From positions 2,946 through 66,945 of the forward strand of contig NZ_JBPESN010000001.1 in NCBI RefSeq assembly GCF_051710625.1: DNA of 64,000 bases. The letters are read 5' to 3'. Below, piece after piece: positions 1 to 10,352 of this stretch (the first letter of the stretch is position 1; the number at the start of each line of letters is the position of its first letter). This stretch comes from Sodalis sp. (in: enterobacteria) (GTDB lineage Bacteria; Pseudomonadota; Gammaproteobacteria; Enterobacterales; Enterobacteriaceae). The position numbers were made by a program, and so were the translations under genes. Under the pieces are notes generated by a model. The model made no database searches. It had not been told where the DNA came from and worked only from the letters and a program-made list of their open reading frames with translations.

Positions 1-34
1 TCGTTCATTCAAATAAATATAACAGGTAGAGACA

Positions 35-757
35 ATGGGTGACCCAAGCGATAAGGATTATATGCTATTTATCAACCAGATGAAGAAAAATATTAAACTT
101 TATCTTTCACATATATTTAACGATTTTAATGTTTTTACTTTTGCCTACTCCATAATGAATAAGGATGATGGACACCCTGTCTTTATGATATCTGATCACC
201 CGACGGGTTGGCTAACCCAATATCGTAATTATGGTTATCAAAAAATTGACCCGGTAATAATAATCGCCTGCCGTAAGTTTACGCCTTTTAGCCAGCAAAA
301 TAATCCCAATATGCCAGATCAAAACTTTTATAAGATGTCGAGTGATTACGCACTTGACAATGGTTATACCTTCACGCTACATGATCCCGATAAAAACCTA
401 GCCACGCTAACGATAAGCCAGGTGAAGCAAAATGCTGTATTTTATGATATAATAGAAAAAGAGAAAAATAATTTTCAGATGTTGCTCATTACCACCCATG
501 AAAAGGTTATACGCTTTTTCGACGCGCGTAAGGAGCAAGGAGGTGGGCCAGAAGAGGAACCTTGCCGGCTTTCGCCGCGGGAAAAAGAGGTGCTGTTCTG
601 GGCAATCGTAGGTAAAACCTATAATGAAATCTCGACTATCCTGTCAATTCGCGAAGGAACAGTTAAATTCCATATTCGCAATATTATCAGTAAACTTGGT
701 GTGGCTAACGCGAAACATGCTATCACCTGGCCAATGGAACTTAAATTGTTAAGCTAG
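35..757 (+). CDS. LuxR-family transcriptional regulator (autoinducer-binding-type N-domain plus LuxR HTH); no luxI partner visible in the window
   Basis: 240-aa ORF. It has the W..Y......DP signature (GWLTQYRNYGYQKIDPV) and a C-terminal HTH (LSPREKEVL...GKTYNEIS...TVKFHIRNI). It lies in a clearly AT-rich block relative to flanking DNA. Confidence 0.8.
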   Translation: MGDPSDKDYMLFINQMKKNIKLYLSHIFNDFNVFTFAYSIMNKDDGHPVFMISDHPTGWLTQYRNYGYQKIDPVIIIACRKFTPFSQQNNPNMPDQNFYKMSSDYALDNGYTFTLHDPDKNLATLTISQVKQNAVFYDIIEKEKNNFQMLLITTHEKVIRFFDARKEQGGGPEEEPCRLSPREKEVLFWAIVGKTYNEISTILSIREGTVKFHIRNIISKLGVANAKHAITWPMELKLLS

Positions 758-1144
758 CCGGCGAGAAATTTCCATCTTGATCCATCGGCGCCGGCGGTGT
801 CCTGTTAATTAATCCATTGTATTTATTTAACCTGTGAAAAACACGTTGCTGAGAAGGATGCCTATTCCATTCCTTTAGTTCCCACAACAGTGATGTACTT
901 TGCTCCCAGACCGGCCTGGCGTCTATGACGGCACGGACAAATAATCTGAGTATTAGGGTAGCAGAAAAACGTTCAGATTGAATAAACACGCCGTGAGACC
1001 TTGACCCACGCCGCGCAGGCGGTGTGCCGAGCCGGCAGCACGCGTGACGAGGGCCGGGCACGCCGCCGTTTCGTTGTTTAACATTTTTGCCGGACGTACA
1101 AGGGTAAATCGATTGTATTTTGCTTGGGCATTACGCTATCATGT

Positions 1145-1166
1145 CTGCAGGTCTGCAGACCTGCAG
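1145..1166. repeat. 22-bp perfect palindrome CTGCAGGTCTGCAGACCTGCAG upstream of the thiM leader
   Basis: Read directly. The first 11 nt are the exact reverse complement of the last 11. It contains three PstI sites and is bracketed by ATGTCTG (1141-1147) and CAGACAT (1174-1180). Confidence 0.9.
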
Positions 1167-1208
1167 GAATAAACAGACATCAAGCAATAAAACCACATAT
1201 TTATCAAT

Positions 1209-1300
1209 GACTCGGGCTGCCATGACCGCCAGGTGAAGGCTGAGAAATACCCGTATTACCTGAACTGGATCATGCCAGCGTAGGGAGGTCACGGTATCCA
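1209..1300 (+). promoter_or_regulatory. TPP (thi-box) riboswitch in the thiM leader
   Basis: GACTCGGG...GGCTGAGAAATACCCGTATTACCTGAACTGGATCATGCCAGCGTAGGGAGGTCACGG is almost base-for-base the E. coli thiM aptamer as I remember it. It has the CTGAGA and ACCTGA..CTGGAT.ATGCCAGCGTAGGGA cores and sits just 5' of thiM. Confidence 0.85.
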
Positions 1301-1348
1301 TTCACCCGCGGAACCGCCTTCTTGATCGCCGGTGGGAGAATGAGAGCC

Positions 1349-2137
1349 ATGCAACCCTCCGAACTGCCGGGCGCAATTGCCGCCCATACCTTACAACAGC
1401 TGCGCCAGCAGGCGCCGCTGGTCCACTGTCTCACCAACGACGTAGTGCAAACCCTCACCGCTAACACGCTGCTGGCCTTGGGCGCCTCCCCTGCGATGGT
1501 CGTGGAGCCGGAAGAGGCCGCGCAGTTCAGCGCCATCGCCGATGCCCTATTGATTAATATTGGTACGCTGTGCCAGCAGCGGGCGGCCGCCATGCTGGCG
1601 GCAATCGCGGCCGCTGGCGCGGTAGGCACCCCCTGGGTGCTGGATCCCGTCGGCGTCGGCGCGCTGCATTACCGTACTGATTTCGCCCGGCATCTGCTGA
1701 CCCTGCAGCCTGCGGCGGTGCGCGGCAACGCCTCGGAAATCCTGGCGCTGGCCGGTATTGCTCCGGCCGGTCGCGGCGTTAATAGCGGCGATGATTCCGT
1801 GCAGGCGCTGCCCGCCGCTTGGGCCTTGGCTAAAGCGTGCGGCGCAATAGTGGGGGTGACCGGCGCGGTGGATCTGATTACCGACGGCAACCGTACCTGG
1901 CAGGTAGACGATGGTCATCCGATAATGACGCGTGTGACCGGTACCGGTTGCGCCCTGTCGGCGGTGGTGGCGGCCTGCTGCACCTTGCCCGGCGAGCGGC
2001 TGGATAACGTTGCTGGCGCCTGCCGGCTGATGGCCCGCGCCGGGCGTCTTACCGCCGCATGGGCCGCGGGGCCAGGCAGCTTTTCCAGCGGAATGCTGGA
2101 TGAACTGTATCGTCTGTGTGCGGAGGATGTGCAATGA
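1349..2137 (+). CDS. thiM: Hydroxyethylthiazole kinase
   Basis: 262 aa, colinear with E. coli ThiM ([43 protein letters not shown]). GGGAGA lies 10 nt before the ATG at 1349. The ORF-track start at 1322 is probably too long. Confidence 0.9.
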   Translation: MQPSELPGAIAAHTLQQLRQQAPLVHCLTNDVVQTLTANTLLALGASPAMVVEPEEAAQFSAIADALLINIGTLCQQRAAAMLAAIAAAGAVGTPWVLDPVGVGALHYRTDFARHLLTLQPAAVRGNASEILALAGIAPAGRGVNSGDDSVQALPAAWALAKACGAIVGVTGAVDLITDGNRTWQVDDGHPIMTRVTGTGCALSAVVAACCTLPGERLDNVAGACRLMARAGRLTAAWAAGPGSFSSGMLDELYRLCAEDVQ

Positions 2138-2937
2138 GCCGGATTTATCATGCGTTATCCATCGCCGGCACCGATCCCAGCGGCGGGGCGGGTATTCAGG
2201 CGGATTTAAAAACCTTTTCGGCGCTCGGCGCCTATGGCACCACGGTGGTGACCTCGCTGGTGGCGCAGAACACCCGCGGCGTACAGTCGGTGTATCCTAT
2301 CGACGCCGATTTCGTCGCGGCGCAAATGGAGTCAGTGCTTAGCGACGTGCGTATTGATAGCGCTAAAATCGGTATGCTCGGCCAGGCAGCGGTCATCCGC
2401 ACGGTGGCAGCCAAGCTCAGGGAGCACGCTATACCCTGGCTGGTGCTCGATACGGTCATGGTCGCCAAGAGCGGCGATGCGCTATTGGATGAGGATGCGG
2501 TGACCAGTCTGCAGGATCTCCTGTTGCCCCTGGCGTCAATTATCACGCCCAACCTGCCGGAGGCGGCGGTTCTGCTCGGCTGCGCGCCCGCGGTCAATGA
2601 GCATCAGATGCGTCAGCAAGGTCGCGCACTGCTGGCGCTAGGCTGTCAGGCGGTGGTCATGAAAGGTGGCCATTTGGCCGGCGACGCGAGTCCGGACTGG
2701 TTTATCAGCCCCGACAATGAGTTGCGGTTTGAAGGCGCGCGGGTGGCGACCCGGCACATCCACGGAACCGGTTGCACACTGTCTGCCGCCTTAGTCGCGC
2801 TACGTCCGCGCCATGATGACTGGCCGCAAACGCTGCGCGCGGCCAAAGCCTGGCTGCAGCAGGCGCTGATGCATGCCGATGATCTAAGCGTGGGGCAAGG
2901 TATCGGGCCGGTCCATCATTTCCATGAGTGGTGGTGA
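2134..2937 (+). CDS. thiD: Hydroxymethylpyrimidine/phosphomethylpyrimidine kinase
   Basis: 267 aa, starting [26 protein letters not shown] as in ThiD. The ATGA start overlaps the thiM stop. The ORF looks intact. Confidence 0.9.
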   Translation: MSRIYHALSIAGTDPSGGAGIQADLKTFSALGAYGTTVVTSLVAQNTRGVQSVYPIDADFVAAQMESVLSDVRIDSAKIGMLGQAAVIRTVAAKLREHAIPWLVLDTVMVAKSGDALLDEDAVTSLQDLLLPLASIITPNLPEAAVLLGCAPAVNEHQMRQQGRALLALGCQAVVMKGGHLAGDASPDWFISPDNELRFEGARVATRHIHGTGCTLSAALVALRPRHDDWPQTLRAAKAWLQQALMHADDLSVGQGIGPVHHFHEWW

Positions 2938-2981
2938 CACGCCCTCAAGAATGCCGATGGCATAGGTCAGCAGACCGTACG

Positions 2982-3413
2982 CTAACTGGAGATGCCGCGC
3001 ATCGAAAGCGTTGAGCACGAAACTGGTCTCGGCGCGCTGCGGCCGGACGAGACGCTCCGCGCGGCGGTGCTGGCGGTCAGGGTGTAAATGTAACCCGGCT
3101 GGATCTGGTTTTGCGCATCACACCAGAGCAACTGCAGCACCAGGCCGACGCCCCGGCGACGGCTGATAAAAACATTGCCCGCCCAGAACCTGGTGAATTC
3201 CCCGTCCTGCTGCAATCGTTTGTCGTCGAAGCGGGGGGAGGCGACCCAGTGGGCGACGAGGGCGCCGGCGCTGATGTTGCCCGCCAGCGTCCAGCACAGT
3301 GGCGTGTCGTTTTCCATCTGGTAACACGCCATGCCGACATAATCATTCACCGCCTGCCATTCCAGCTCCAGCCGTTGTTTTAGCGTCTTATCGGTGAGAT
3401 GGGGAAATTGCAC
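2982..3413 (-). CDS. Hypothetical protein, possibly a decayed GNAT-like acetyltransferase
   Basis: 143-aa ORF with an RRRGVG motif reminiscent of GNAT motif A. The C-terminal 30 aa look like out-of-frame run-on. Its start codon is 12 nt from the prophage-1 left terminus. Confidence 0.3.
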   Translation of the reverse strand: MQFPHLTDKTLKQRLELEWQAVNDYVGMACYQMENDTPLCWTLAGNISAGALVAHWVASPRFDDKRLQQDGEFTRFWAGNVFISRRRGVGLVLQLLWCDAQNQIQPGYIYTLTASTAARSVSSGRSAPRPVSCSTLSMRGISS

Positions 3414-3425
3414 CAGCGGGCTTTG

Positions 3426-3530
3426 TGTGGGGTGGCAATCATTTCTGGACTCTTAAGTTAAACGATGGGTTAGCCGGAAGCCCTTTAATGGCGCGGCTTA
3501 CAGATATTTTACAGATTCTGGACTCGAATG
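3426..3530 (+). repeat. Mu-type left end (attL) with two TTCTGGACTC repeats (candidate transposase-binding sites)
   Basis: Homology with the second prophage starts exactly at TGTGGGGTGGCAATC (3426 and 35553). TTCTGGACTC occurs at 3443-3452 and 3516-3525. Confidence 0.6.
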
Positions 3531-3663
3531 ACTGTGGTTTGAGCAGATTTAAAGGTAGTTTAAACGCCTTTTGGGCATCCATTAGATATATGTAAATTAG
3601 GTTAAACAATATTAGTAAATCATAAAAATAATAAAATGAGATAGGTAATGGCCTAGTCTTTAT

Positions 3664-3943
3664 TTAGACCGCTCCACTTTTCTTACAGTTTAAGCTTGCC
3701 ACATCTTCTACTGCACACTCTTCAGATACCGCCCCCTTTTTAGCTTCGTGTAGGGTTATCAGACGTTCTTTTCCTTCTTTATGGAAGTTGGAGTAACAAA
3801 CTATCTAAGTCATCTTTACGTCCTGATAACGCCAATACACCCTTTGCCCCTTCTTGCAAAAGCAGGCTTATTAATGCCTATAAATCTTTTTTATTCAGCG
3901 ACTTATAAATCATATGCCAAGTGGCTTCTAAAGGATCCTCCAT
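3664..3943 (-). pseudogene. Inactivated copy of the left-end ORF of unknown function (homologue of 35842-36120)
   Basis: Aligns with the intact 92-codon ORF of prophage 2. It has a 1-nt insertion (TTTATGGAAG versus TTTTTGAAG) and an in-frame TAG (GATTTATAGGC versus GATTTAAAGGC). Confidence 0.6.
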
Positions 3944-3964
3944 TAGGCTTTCCTCGTTAATCGA

Positions 3965-4243
3965 CTAAATCTCGCTAGTTGAGGCCACTTCGTTTTGAGT
4001 GCATGATGAACCAAATGCAAGCCAGTCCAGGCTGACGTGTTCCTTATATGCAATGCCTTGCACCACTGTAAAAGATAGTTCTGTACCTCTAGTTAAATAG
4101 TTGTACAATGTTGAGAAGGATAACCCCCATTCATTTGCAGCAGCTCTAGCACTTCTATTGCCTATAAGTTGTTTAAGGCGTGCGACAAAATTTTCTTTTC
4201 CATCCATATCAAAAGCAAAATTACTTGTTTTCCTCTTCCTCAT
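3965..4243 (-). CDS. Prophage repressor-like HTH protein (at the position of Mu c)
   Basis: 92 aa, divergent from ner, with an HTH-like segment (SARAAANEWGLSFSTLYNYLTRG). A near-identical copy lies at 36142-36420. Confidence 0.65.
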   Translation of the reverse strand: MRKRKTSNFAFDMDGKENFVARLKQLIGNRSARAAANEWGLSFSTLYNYLTRGTELSFTVVQGIAYKEHVSLDWLAFGSSCTQNEVASTSEI

Positions 4244-4370
4244 TTTATTTTCTCTATAACTTATTGATTATAGTTAATAAAATACAAAAATATCTCTCAT
4301 ATGGGGCGATCAGAAAAGAAAATTCATTATTTGCTTTACTTCTCTTAAATTTGAGATGTCATTGCTGTAT

Positions 4371-4415
4371 GGGTAAGCCCCATGACTTACCCACATGGTT
4401 AACCTTTTAGGGTAA
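4371..4415. promoter_or_regulatory. Candidate operator/early-promoter region: GGGTAAG-N8-CTTACCC inverted repeat plus a third GGGTAA
   Basis: Read directly, and conserved in prophage 2 (36542-36586). It lies between the divergent repressor and ner genes. Confidence 0.3.
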
Positions 4416-4437
4416 TCGAATATTAGATAGAAATGAA

Positions 4438-4656
4438 GTGAATCATCGTGACTGGCACTGGATTGATATCCTGGCCTTCCTGCACAAGAAGGGGATCACC
4501 ATGCAAGATCTCTCCCGCGGCTCGGGGCTGGCATCCAGCACGTTAAAAAACGCGCTGTATCGTCCCTATCCCAAAGGTGAACGCATTATCGCTAATGCAC
4601 TCAATGTGGATCCGGCCAGCATTTGGCCGAGTCGTTATATGAGTAAGGTGTCGTAA
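4438..4656 (+). CDS. ner: Ner-like DNA-binding protein (Mu Ner/Nlp family)
   Basis: RDWH..DI.A.L.KKG......S...G....TL.NAL.R.YPKGE.IIANAL...P..IWPSRY matches Mu Ner closely. GTG start in this copy. Confidence 0.85.
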   Translation: MNHRDWHWIDILAFLHKKGITMQDLSRGSGLASSTLKNALYRPYPKGERIIANALNVDPASIWPSRYMSKVS

Positions 4657-4658
4657 TT

Positions 4659-6592
4659 ATGTTTGTTACGGCGAGTGAGTTAGTCGGTTTACCCGGATTG
4701 CCTGGCACCTTGCAGGAACTTCGCTGGTCACTGAATAAGTGGACTGCAAATTCACCCGATTTAGTCCGTAAGCGTTCGGGCACCAAGGCTTTCAAGTACC
4801 ACATCGATTGTTTGCCGGAACAAACACGCGAGATCATCAAACAACGGCACTATAAATCCCTGATTGCGCAATCCCCGGCCCTGCTCGAGCGCAAGGTGCA
4901 GGCTCTGAACGATCAGCAGAAGCAGACTGCCGATGCGCGCATGATGCTGGCACAGGAAGTGGTCCGGTTACAGCAGGGCCGGCATGACCCGCCGCATCGC
5001 GGCGGTGACCTTTATCGTCGATGAGTCAAAGGCCGGCACATTGCCCGAGGCCCTGCAGCGCGCCGCCACGCTGGCTAACGCCAAAAAGGGCCGCACCCCC
5101 AAAGCAAGGGGTGGGCAAAAGCAGCCTACAGGAATGGGTGAGTCTCTATCTCAGCGCTGAGCGGCCCCAGGAGCATCTGGCGATACTGGCTCCCGGGAAG
5201 CTGAAGGAAGCAGCGCCCCGAGGACATAACGTGGTTCTACGCCCCGTTCTGACCGCATTATGCCCGACCCTGTGGCCCGACGGTGCTGGAAGCCTACCGC
5301 GCATTTCAGGCGGACTGCCAGAATAAATACCATGACCAGCCTGCCATGCTGGCGGCCCTGCCGACCTACGACAAGGTCAATCGCATGGTCAAGCGGGTTG
5401 CTGCGTCCAACCGAAGGGTCAAGGGCCGGGTCACCGGCTCGGCGCTCAAAGCGTATCAGGTGTACCAGCAGCGGGATTGGGCGCAGATGCCGGTAAATGG
5501 CTGCTGGATAGCCGACGGCAAGTCGCTGAACATGAAAGTGGCGCATCCGATACACGGGCGGCCCTTTACCCCGGAGCTGACTTTGGTGCTCGACGGGCGT
5601 ACCCGCTATCTGGTGGGCTGGAGCCCGTCACTGGCAGAAAACGCCATCGCGGTAGCGGATGCGTGGCGTTATACCATCCAGCACCACGGCAAACCGCTGT
5701 TTGCCTACTCCGATAACGGCGGCGGCGAGACCAACAAGATGCTGGATGCGGATATCACCGGGATTTTTCCCCGGCTGGGTATTGAGCATATTACCGGTAT
5801 CCCCGGTAACCCGCCGGCGCGGGGCATTATCGAGCGGCTGAACGGCGCTCTGCCACGCAGGCTGGCCCTGCGCTTTCAGACTTATAACGGATTGAGCGCC
5901 ACCCCAACGGGGCGCGGGTGCAGGGGCAAAAACTGCTGAGTCTGTCGAATCCCCTGCGTCAGGGGAAGGAGCTGAACACCACGCAGCAAAGGACGCTGGC
6001 GATATTGCCCAGCTGGCGGCAGCTGATAGACGCCATTGAGGAGGAGGTGCAGCGCTATAACCACAGCCACGAGCACAGCGCCCTGCCCAAGGTCAACGGT
6101 AAATCAATGACGCCGGCCGCCTACCGTAAGGTTCTGTTGGCTGAGGAAGGGGACGATATTGAATACCTGACGCCAGGCGAGTCGCGCGAGATGTTTATGC
6201 CGGAAGAAAAACGTGTGGCCCAGCGCGGTTGGCTTGAATTACTGAATAACCAGTATTTTGCCAGGGAGCTGATTGAGGTAGACCGCCAGACGGTGCGAGT
6301 GGCTTACGATATCCATAAGCCTAATGAAGTGATTATTCGCCAGATGGACGGGGCCTATCTCTGTACTGCGCTGTGGAATGGCAATACTGCCTCGCCGGTG
6401 CCGGTCTCCAGAGTGGAAAAAGCGCCGGAAGCGCGCGCCAAGCGTCGCATTAAACTGGCCAAAAGCAAAATTCAGGATGCAAAAGACGAATTACGCCCGG
6501 TGATTGATGCACCCAGGGAGAGCGATTACAGCCTGCTGATACCCCAGGTATCGGCACCCGAAAAAGATAAGGTGTATTTGTTTAAATCTTAA
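4659..6592 (+). pseudogene. MuA-like transposase, frameshifted
   Basis: Split over ORFs 4659-5024, 5283-5939 and 5918-6592. It has an in-frame deletion of about 81 bp relative to the copy at 36830. The position after ner and a total length near 650 codons fit Mu A. Confidence 0.85.
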
Positions 6593-6642
6593 TATGAGCA
6601 CGATATCAAGCAGGTCGGTAATAACCGGTAAAAATATATTGT

Positions 6643-7572
6643 ATGACAACGCGAGAACGTATTTTCCAGCTGATGGCGCGGTCAGGCTACACCCAGCGCA
6701 AGGTGGCCGATAAAACTGGATTAAGCGGCGCGACCATTTCACAATATTTAAAGGGGGTTTACAACGGCAATATTGATAACGTCGAGGGCACACTGCGAGA
6801 TTTTTTGACCGTGAGACAGAGCGCGCCTACCGGCGGGACATTAAGGTAAATTTTGTGCCGACCCATCTGGCCAGGGTGGCGCTCGACCTGATTAGTGCCA
6901 CACACGACTTCGGCGATATCGGTGTGATATACAGCCCGGTCGGCATGGGGAAAAGCATGGTACTGAAAGAGTATGTGCGCGCCAACAGCGTTAATAAAGG
7001 CGTCATCCTGATTGAAGCCGACCCCGGCTATACCGCCAAGGTGTTATTGCAGGCGCTGTGCGCCCGGTTGGGTCTGCAGAAAACCGGCAAGATGCACGAG
7101 CTGGTCGAGGAGTGTGTGCAGGGGCTGCGCGACAAAAACTTGGCTGGTCCTGGTTGACGAGGCCGAGCTGCTGCCCTACAGGGCGCTTGAGGTCCTGCGC
7201 CGCATTCACGACCGTTCCGGGGCGGCCATTGTCCTGGCGGGCATGCCGCGCCTGCTGCTCAATCTGAAAGGCTCACGCGGGGAATACGCCCAGCTTTATA
7301 GCCGAGTGGGCATGGCGTTAGACCTGGCGTCCCGCAGGAAAGAGAGCGAAGCCGAGGATTTCAGCGCCATTCTCGGCAGCCTGCTATCGAACAACGAGGT
7401 CTCGGATAACCCGCTTGCGCTCAAGATTGCCTCTGTTTTTCGCAAGCATTCACGGGGCAATTATCGCCGCCTGTTTAAACTGGCGCGCGGGGTGGCCCGG
7501 ACAAGTGCTATCGGCAATCAGGGGATGTCCGTGACGTTAATCGACCGCTATGCAGAAATGCTGATTCATTGA
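6643..7572 (+). pseudogene. MuB-like AAA+ transposition protein, interrupted
   Basis: N-terminal HTH (GLSGATISQYLKGVYNGN, as in MuB) and Walker A (SPVGMGKS). Broken into 6643-6849, 6855-7157 and 7156-7572. Confidence 0.8.
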
Positions 7573-7832
7573 AGAAGAAAAGTATGTCAGTCCATCATAA
7601 AGAGGTATCGACTAACAATCATCTTATCGCTGCGATGACGCAGGCAGAAGCCGTTATACAGTATTTAACGATAAAAGGCGTGAGTGTAAAAGGCGTGATA
7701 TTGCATGACTGCAAGCCGGTTATCCGTATTGAACACCATACGCTCTGTGAGCAATTATTAAAAAGGGTCAACCGGATTATATCCCCGTTGGCAAAAACGC
7801 ACGGGGTGGTTTTAAGCAAGGGGTATTCATAA
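7569..7832 (+). CDS. Hypothetical phage early protein
   Basis: 87-aa ORF in the AT-rich semi-essential early region. I recognise no family. The start is uncertain (TTG 7569 or ATG 7584). Confidence 0.35.
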   Translation: MKKKSMSVHHKEVSTNNHLIAAMTQAEAVIQYLTIKGVSVKGVILHDCKPVIRIEHHTLCEQLLKRVNRIISPLAKTHGVVLSKGYS

Positions 7833-8086
7833 AAAATGGATGCAAGGTTATTTGGTCAGCATCATTATATTGAGGTCACCATGACAATTGAAATTAACAT
7901 TATTGTTTAGCAAACCCTCATCGGCATTGATGTAAATATCAGTGCCAGCGGTACGGGCAGTGAAGTTGAAAAGAAAGAAGCCCAGTTTATTCACGATGCA
8001 CTTGCCACCATATTATCGTGCCGGGCTGATTTCGAGGCCATCAATAAAGGCTCTATTGCCAATACATTTAACAGGAGAGGTTATCA

Positions 8087-8703
8087 TGTTTACTAACTCA
8101 CATGACAATACGGTGCCCGCCAATTACTGGCAGGATGCCAAGGGCGCATTAATACCCGACGCCATGGTAAAGCCCATTGATAAGGAGCGCGACGCGCTGG
8201 TCAAATTTATTGTGGCACGCGCCCGTCCGCTGCATGAGGCATTGCGAGATTTTAAACATCGCGCGTTTGTCGATATCCAGGCATTGATTGACCTGTCGAT
8301 TGAGCAGTGCGGGGTGAAGCGTGGCGGCAGAAAAGGCAATGTGACGCTGTATTCCTTTAATGGCTGCTACAAGGTCATTCGCGCGCTGCAAGACCGCATT
8401 ACCTTTGATGAGCGCATCCAGGCCGCCAAGGCGTTAATTGATGATTGCATGACGGAATGAACGCAGAATGCGCGACCGGAGCTGCTGGCCATTATTGATC
8501 AAGCCTTTTCCATTGATAAGAACGGTGATATTAATCCGGCCCGTATTCTGCAGCTGCGTCGCCATGATATTACCGACTCGCGCTGGTTGCGGGCGATGGA
8601 TGCGCTGGCATAAGAGGTGCAGGTGGTCTATATCCGCCTTTATGAGCGCATCGACGAGACCGGGCAATATCGGCCGCTGTCGCCGGATATCGCCGGGGTA
8701 TGA
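8087..8703 (+). pseudogene. DUF3164-like Mu early protein, with one frameshift and one in-frame TAA
   Basis: The N-part is MFTNSHD...ALIDDCMTE. It continues in another frame as ELLAIIDQAFSIDKNGDINPARILQLRR, then after a TAA (8611-8613) as VQVVYIRLYERIDETGQY. The family assignment is from memory. Confidence 0.55.
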
Positions 8704-8706
8704 ATC

Positions 8707-8898
8707 ATGAAGGCAGAACAGCTTAATCAATGCTATCCGGTCGGCGCGTACTTTATTTATCAACCTAATCGGATTTTAAAAGAAGGCACATTAATAATAA
8801 CACTGGACAGGGCAATGGATTTAATCGTTTGCAGGGAGGTTAAAATTAATGTAGCCCCTTATTTTGCAAACATTCTGTGGCTGACACCGAAATGCTGA
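8707..8898 (+). CDS. Hypothetical phage protein
   Basis: 63-aa ORF, AT-rich. No recognisable family. Confidence 0.3.
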   Translation: MKAEQLNQCYPVGAYFIYQPNRILKEGTLIITLDRAMDLIVCREVKINVAPYFANILWLTPKC

Positions 8899-9009
8899 AT
8901 AAATAATGTATTAATACTCTGTTTTAGAATGGCATCAATCCGCCGGTGGTGGCTTGCGCCAAATAAACGTCATGCCTGTTTTTCTCAACCCATCCGGGAG
9001 GACATAAAT

Positions 9010-9228
9010 ATGTTATATCGCGTGATTAAATGTGAATATGGGGATAACGGCAATCGCTGTCTTTATTATCTTAATGACCGCAGTCTGGTACAGGAATCAC
9101 GCCTCGTCCCGGTGCCCTTTAGCCTGCGTTTTTATGATGCCCGGCAACGCATGATTTATTCAGACGCTATTCGCCAGCAAATGAAACAGGTGGTAATGTG
9201 CTATAAAAACAGCATTGAGGACAAGTGA
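9010..9228 (+). CDS. Hypothetical phage protein
   Basis: 72-aa ORF preceded by GGGAGG 7 nt upstream. The ORF-track start at 8929 is probably too long. Confidence 0.35.
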   Translation: MLYRVIKCEYGDNGNRCLYYLNDRSLVQESRLVPVPFSLRFYDARQRMIYSDAIRQQMKQVVMCYKNSIEDK

Positions 9229-9973
9229 TGAACAGACCCATGAATAATGTGATGCTCGATATCAAAACGCTGGGTAAAAAAGACGGTTGCCCGATATTTA
9301 TCGGTGGCGGCGGTGATGTTTGAACCAGCAACGGGGCGGGTTAGACCGACGTTTTATGCGCGTATCGATTATCAGGCCGCACTCAAATATGGTGAGCCAG
9401 AGGCCGAGACCCTGCAATGGTGGCAAAAACAGAGTGATGAGGCATGTCACGAGGCTTTTGGCGGTAAAGCGCGCCCCGACGTTGTGGCGCGCGCCTTGCG
9501 GACTTTTATCGCCACCCACTGCGCTAAACCTCGCGTGCCCTGGGGTAACGGCGCGGTATTCGATACTCCCCTGCTGGAGAGCTGGTTCGCCCGCGTTGAC
9601 CCGCAAAAAAAACGACCAGGGCAATGACCGTTACCCCTGGTCATTCTGGGATGTCGCCGACCTGCGCACACTGGTGCGGCTGTCGGGGATAGATGTGCGC
9701 ACCATCCCGTTTGATGGTGAAAAGCATCAGGCACTGGCGGATGCCCTGCTGCAGGTCAAGATAGCGCAGGCCGCCTGGCAGCGATTATTTCCTGATGAGA
9801 GCCAGTCTTATGCGTCAGTAACCAAATACCCGCTTGCCGAGTGCAAGCGCGCCTTGACCGCACTGGGGTTATTGCCTTTAGTGTCTTTCTTCGATGAGAG
9901 GGAGATGCTTTCGCCGGGACGGCACTCTCATGCGGTGACCCTTCGGAGTGATGCTCATGAAAAATCTGATTAA
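9228..9973 (+). pseudogene. 3'-5' exonuclease-like phage protein, frameshifted
   Basis: Shows MLDIKTLGKK... (DEDD-type D.E motif decayed to D.K), ...GNGAVFDTPLLESWF and ...WDVADLRTL...HQALADA across three frames. One shift coincides with an A8 run at 9605-9612. Confidence 0.5.
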
Positions 9974-10352
9974 AGTGGTGCATGCGAGTAAAAATAAACT
10001 CGACTGGGATGAGGAGACCTACCGGGGCTTCCTGCTGCGCGAGACCGGTAAAAATAGCGCCAGGGACTGCACTGTCGCCGAGCTGGCGCGCGTGCTGCGC
10101 TATATGCGCAGCCAGGGCTTTACCACGTCACCCAAACAGGGCCGCAAGCCCCGTGTGGCAGCGAGACGTCAGGGGATGCTCAGCGAGATTAAGGCACTGC
10201 TCGCGAGCGCCGGGCGGCCCTGGGGCTACCTCAATGGCATGATTGCGCGTATGCTGGGCGAAAAAAGCCCGTAGAATGGCATCGATGATGCGCAGGGGCG
10301 CCAGCTGATGCAGATGCTGATTATGGACGCCAAACGGCACGGGAGGCCGTGA
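9957..10352 (+). pseudogene. gemA: GemA (Mu gp16)-like protein, C-terminal frameshift
   Basis: LIKVVHASKNKLDWDEETYRGFL...LARVLRYMRSQGF fits the GemA family pattern. The tail (IDDAQGRQLMQMLIMDAKRHG) is in another frame. Confidence 0.55.

Noticed and set aside
741-1061. A 106-aa minus-strand ORF between the LuxR gene and the thiM leader.
   Set aside because: It has no recognisable domain, an Arg/Pro-rich composition in its GC-rich half, and no ribosome-binding site. The region is more likely non-coding or an unrecognisable remnant.
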